Shown in pieces: positions 60,849 through 64,000 of a stretch of 64,000 nt of DNA; the stretch's first letter is position 1, and each line of letters opens with the position of its first letter. The notes beneath the pieces were generated by a model. It was not told the origin of the DNA and did no database searches. It worked only from the letters and a program-made list of their open reading frames with translations. This DNA comes from Oscillospiraceae bacterium (GTDB lineage: Bacteria; Bacillota; Clostridia; Oscillospirales; CAG-272), in the NCBI GenBank assembly GCA_015063325.1, contig SVUK01000006.1, positions 67,239-131,238 on the forward strand, given 5' to 3'. The translations under genes and the position numbers were made by a program.

Positions 60849-60880
60849 AGGTGGCGGAAAAAGGTGGAAAAAGGGTGAAA
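60849..60880 (+). promoter_or_regulatory. Three direct GTG(G/A) boxes just downstream of the -10 (candidate MraZ operator)
   Basis: aGGTGGcggaaaaaGGTGGaaaaaGGGTGAaaa. Boxes at 60851, 60864 and 60875, with spacing of 13 and 11 nt. Confidence 0.45.
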
Positions 60881-60935
60881 ATCCCATGATTTTCCATTCA
60901 AAATCCGCAAATGTAAAGAAGGGGGGACGAATCTC

Positions 60936-61358
60936 ATGCTGGGCGGAACGTTTCAACATAACGTCGATGCGAAAAATCGTTTTTTCGTACCTGCCAAAAT
61001 GCGCGATGATCTCGGAACAACCTTCATTGTTGCAAAATCCTTCCGCGACCCCTGCCTCAAGGTCTATTCGCTTTCCGGCTGGGATGCATATCTGGAGCTG
61101 ATTCGCCACCAAAACCGCAACCTTTCGGAACGCGCCATGCGCTTTCTCAATGAATCCATGACGCAGGCGGAGCCGGACGCGCAGGGAAGAATCGTTCTTC
61201 CGCAGGCGCTCATTGACTACGCCGGCATTGAGAAGAGCGCGCTCATCATCGGGTGCGGCGACTACGCCGAAATTTGGAACGAGGAAACCTACCGCAAGCA
61301 ATCCGAGTCGGTCGATCTTGCCGCAATGATTGCCGAGCTGGAAGCTCTCGGACTTTAA
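60936..61358 (+). CDS. mraZ: Transcriptional regulator MraZ
   Basis: Two SpoVT/AbrB-like halves: HNVDAKNRFFVPAKMRDDL and PDAQGRIVLPQALIDYAGI. Confidence 0.92.
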   Translation: MLGGTFQHNVDAKNRFFVPAKMRDDLGTTFIVAKSFRDPCLKVYSLSGWDAYLELIRHQNRNLSERAMRFLNESMTQAEPDAQGRIVLPQALIDYAGIEKSALIIGCGDYAEIWNEETYRKQSESVDLAAMIAELEALGL

Positions 61359-61392
61359 TATTTGAATAATAAGGAAGGGAAAGGGACAGAAT

Positions 61393-62343
61393 ATGGAAGA
61401 AAAGATCATCTTTTCGCACCGTCCCGTCCTTTTGGAAGAATGTTTACAGGGGCTTGCCGTCAACCCCGACGGAATCTATGTGGACGGCACCGCAGGAGGC
61501 GCGGGGCACAGTTTTGAAATTGCCTCCCGACTTTCAGATCATGGGAGATTGATCGCCCTGGATCAGGATGAAACCGCCGTTAAAGTCGCGTCGGAAAGAT
61601 TATCGGTTTTTGGAGCGCGCGCCTGCGTGGTGCACAGCAACTTCCGGGAGCTGGATAACGTATGCCGTATGCTCGGCGTTGAGAGGATCAACGGGCTTTT
61701 GCTCGACCTCGGAGTTTCTTCCTATCAACTGGATACCGCCGAGCGAGGATTTTCCTACCAGGCGGACGCTCCACTGGATATGCGGATGGATGAGAACGGT
61801 CCGCTGACAGCCCGGGACGTAGTCAATCAATATTCAGAGGAACGGCTTAGAAACATCCTCTGGCAATACGGAGAGGAGCGGTTTGCTCCTCGCATCGCCT
61901 CCGCGATCGTGCGAGCGCGGGAGTCGGCGCCGATTTTGACGACAGGGGAACTCGTCAAAATCATCAAAGGTGCCATTCCTGTCGCCGCACGAGAAGGGGG
62001 GCATCATCCGGCAAAACGATCCTTTCAGGCGATTCGCATCGAGGTGAACGCCGAACTGGATGTGATAGAACCTGCCATTCGTGCCGCCGCGGCAAAACTC
62101 GTCCCCGGCGGCAGAATTGCCATTATCACTTTCCATTCACTGGAGGATCGTATTGTCAAACAAACTTTTGCAAACCTTGCTTCGGGTTGTACCTGCCCGC
62201 CCGGTTTTCCGGTTTGCGTTTGCGGAAAGAAACCGATTTTGAAACTTGTCAACCATAAACCCATCACAGCGTCCCCGGAAGAATTGGAAGCCAATCCCCG
62301 TTCACGGAGCGCCAAACTCCGTGTTGCCGAAAAAATCGGGTAA
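61393..62343 (+). CDS. rsmH: 16S rRNA (cytosine1402-N4)-methyltransferase
   Basis: HRPVLLEE, YVDGTAGGAGHS, DLGVSSYQLD, ITFHSLEDRIVK, NPRSRSAKLRVAEK. Confidence 0.95.
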   Translation: MEEKIIFSHRPVLLEECLQGLAVNPDGIYVDGTAGGAGHSFEIASRLSDHGRLIALDQDETAVKVASERLSVFGARACVVHSNFRELDNVCRMLGVERINGLLLDLGVSSYQLDTAERGFSYQADAPLDMRMDENGPLTARDVVNQYSEERLRNILWQYGEERFAPRIASAIVRARESAPILTTGELVKIIKGAIPVAAREGGHHPAKRSFQAIRIEVNAELDVIEPAIRAAAAKLVPGGRIAIITFHSLEDRIVKQTFANLASGCTCPPGFPVCVCGKKPILKLVNHKPITASPEELEANPRSRSAKLRVAEKIG

Positions 62344-62436
62344 CATCGTTCCATTTCTCCGCTTTCGCGGTCATAACTTTTCTGCACCTCCCATAGAATA
62401 AAAAAGACGGAATCGCCGCTTTGGGAGGGCAGAAAA

Positions 62437-64000
62437 ATGGGAAAAACAAAATCGAAAAGCGCGCCGGGGGAACCTGTCGCACCGCAAATTGTAAAACGGT
62501 CGCTGATATTATTATCGGTAGCCGTTCTCTTATTTGTAGGGCTTGCTTCCCGAATTTTGATTTTGCAAACGGCAGGCTACAGCAAATATGAACAAAAGGT
62601 AATCGAGCAGATTACAACCGAGAGTCGTGTGAGTGCCACACGAGGAAGAATTTATGATGCAAACGGCAATCTGCTTGCCGATCATGTCACTTCTTATCGC
62701 ATTTTTTTAGCGCCCCACCGCATCGCCTACGCGCAAAGCGAGGCAAACCGAAACGGGGAAGGAATTGATTATGGCGAAATCATCGCGTTGCATCTTTCCG
62801 AGGTTTTAGAGGTCAGCCGCGACCGGTTGCGCGAGGAGATTTCAAAAACACATTATTTGGATCGAACGATAGCGCGGAATGTGAACGAAGAGACCGCTGA
62901 TCGGGTGCGTGAACTCATTCGCGATTACAGTTTGCAAAGCATGGTCGGCGTGGAAGCCGTCAATACGAGGTATTATCCCTACGGTTCGCTTGCCGCACAG
63001 ACAATCGGATTTACGGGAAGCGACGGCGCCGGACTTTACGGATTAGAATACGCCTATAACGAACAGCTTTCCGGTGAAAATGGGCGCTACGTCACAGCAA
63101 GAGACGCGCGCGGAAACGCCATGCCGGACGAATACGAGGAATACATAGCTGCAAGACCGGGCAACGATTTGCATACAACATTGGATGTTTTTGTGCAGTC
63201 GGCGCTCGACGAACAAGTCCGTACAGCCTATATTGAGGCAGGTGGAAAAAATCGTGCCGCCGGGATCGTGATGAATGTGAAAACGGGAGCGATTTTGGGA
63301 ATGTCCACCTATCCCGATTTTGATTTGAATGATCCTTGGACGTTGGATGAACAATCCATGCAAATTCTATCCGAGAGCGGACTTTCCCGGGAGAGCGAAG
63401 AATATGCCGCCATGCGCCGGGAACTGCTTCTCTCCATGTGGTCGAATAAAACCATAACCGAGTCCTATATTCCCGGATCTACATTTAAAATTATAACAGC
63501 CGCCATGGCGCTGGAAAGCGATGTGGTAGGGTTGGAGGAAACCTTTCAGTGCTCCGGCTCAAAAAATGTCCTTGGGTTTAACATTCATTGCCATAAAAGA
63601 AAGGGGCATGGAACATTAACCTTCGTGCAGGGAATTCAACAGTCCTGCAACCCCGTGCTGATGACGGTGGGATTGCGGCTGGGCGGCGACCGGTTTTACG
63701 ATTATTTGGAACAATTTGGCTTTCTCGGAAAGACCGCCGTCGATTTGCCCGGCGAGGGCGGAAGTGTGCTGATTTCAAAAGAGAATTTTACCGATCTTGA
63801 CCTTGCCATTTATTCTTTCGGGCAAAATTTTAACGTTACGCTCTTGCAGCAAATCACGGCGGTTTCTTCGGTCGCAAACGGGGGGTATTTGGTCACACCG
63901 CATTTGGTGGATTCCATTACCGATCCCGATGGAAACGTCGTATGGAAATTTGAGCTGTCCGAAGAACGAAAGACGGTCAGCACCGAAACTTGCCAAACCG
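62437..64000 (+). CDS. Class B penicillin-binding protein (FtsI/SpoVD-like transpeptidase). The 3' end runs off the window, and the gene is absent from the ORF track because it is open-ended.
   Basis: Hand translation: MGKTKSKSAPGEPVAPQIVKRSLILLSVAVLLFVGLASRILILQ (TM), RGRIYDANGNLLA, YYPYGSLAAQTIGFTG, SxxK as PGSTFKIITAAMALE, and SxN as QQSCNP. GGGAGGG SD lies 7 nt before the ATG at 62437. The frame is open to the window end. Confidence 0.9.
   Translation, partial: MGKTKSKSAPGEPVAPQIVKRSLILLSVAVLLFVGLASRILILQTAGYSKYEQKVIEQITTESRVSATRGRIYDANGNLLADHVTSYRIFLAPHRIAYAQSEANRNGEGIDYGEIIALHLSEVLEVSRDRLREEISKTHYLDRTIARNVNEETADRVRELIRDYSLQSMVGVEAVNTRYYPYGSLAAQTIGFTGSDGAGLYGLEYAYNEQLSGENGRYVTARDARGNAMPDEYEEYIAARPGNDLHTTLDVFVQSALDEQVRTAYIEAGGKNRAAGIVMNVKTGAILGMSTYPDFDLNDPWTLDEQSMQILSESGLSRESEEYAAMRRELLLSMWSNKTITESYIPGSTFKIITAAMALESDVVGLEETFQCSGSKNVLGFNIHCHKRKGHGTLTFVQGIQQSCNPVLMTVGLRLGGDRFYDYLEQFGFLGKTAVDLPGEGGSVLISKENFTDLDLAIYSFGQNFNVTLLQQITAVSSVANGGYLVTPHLVDSITDPDGNVVWKFELSEERKTVSTETCQT

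Overview
This 64-kb chromosomal window comes from a spore-forming Firmicute. The gene content looks Clostridia-like (spoVAD/spoVAE, recD2-comFC, S-box and FMN riboswitches), and GC is mid-range by eye. About 16.2-64 kb is core housekeeping: rpoB-rpoC; rpsL-rpsG-fusA-tuf; FMN riboswitch-ribU; sdaA; SAM riboswitch-metK; recD2-comFC-pepD; cysE-tmk; rpmE; hflX-yigZ; dgt-dnaG-sigA; trpS; a GT4 sugar-phosphate transferase; a lipoprotein M3-like peptidase; lgt; a CPBP protease; ligA; spoVAD-spoVAE; glyA; and the start of the dcw cluster (mraZ-rsmH-class B PBP). The left 13.5 kb looks accessory and holds the most unusual content. (a) An apparent four-gene operon encodes a GAF-domain::ABC ATPase, a 970-aa double-FtsX permease, a single-domain STAS protein and a polytopic SpoIIE/RsbU-type PP2C phosphatase. 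No sigma or anti-sigma factor is nearby. (b) 3.7 kb away lies a second STAS domain fused to an APH/choline-kinase-fold kinase. (c) Between them is an atypical P-type ATPase. (d) A small islet sits next to tRNA-Ser(GGA). It contains an ordered array of eight 8-mers interleaved with GC mini-hairpins, a small HExxH protein, and an HTH-TPR (RNPP-like) regulator bracketed by 56-bp direct repeats. I recovered two open-ended genes that are missing from the ORF track (2-1234 minus, 62437-64000 plus). Many long track ORFs are antisense shadows of conserved genes and were rejected. I saw no rRNA, CRISPR, transposase, integrase or recognisable defence or toxin genes. Several unrelated AT-rich short tandem-repeat arrays (periods 8, 12, 14, 18, 21 bp) sit directly on or after stop codons or in very short intergenic spacers. 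All domain calls come from motif recognition by eye, and no database search was possible.
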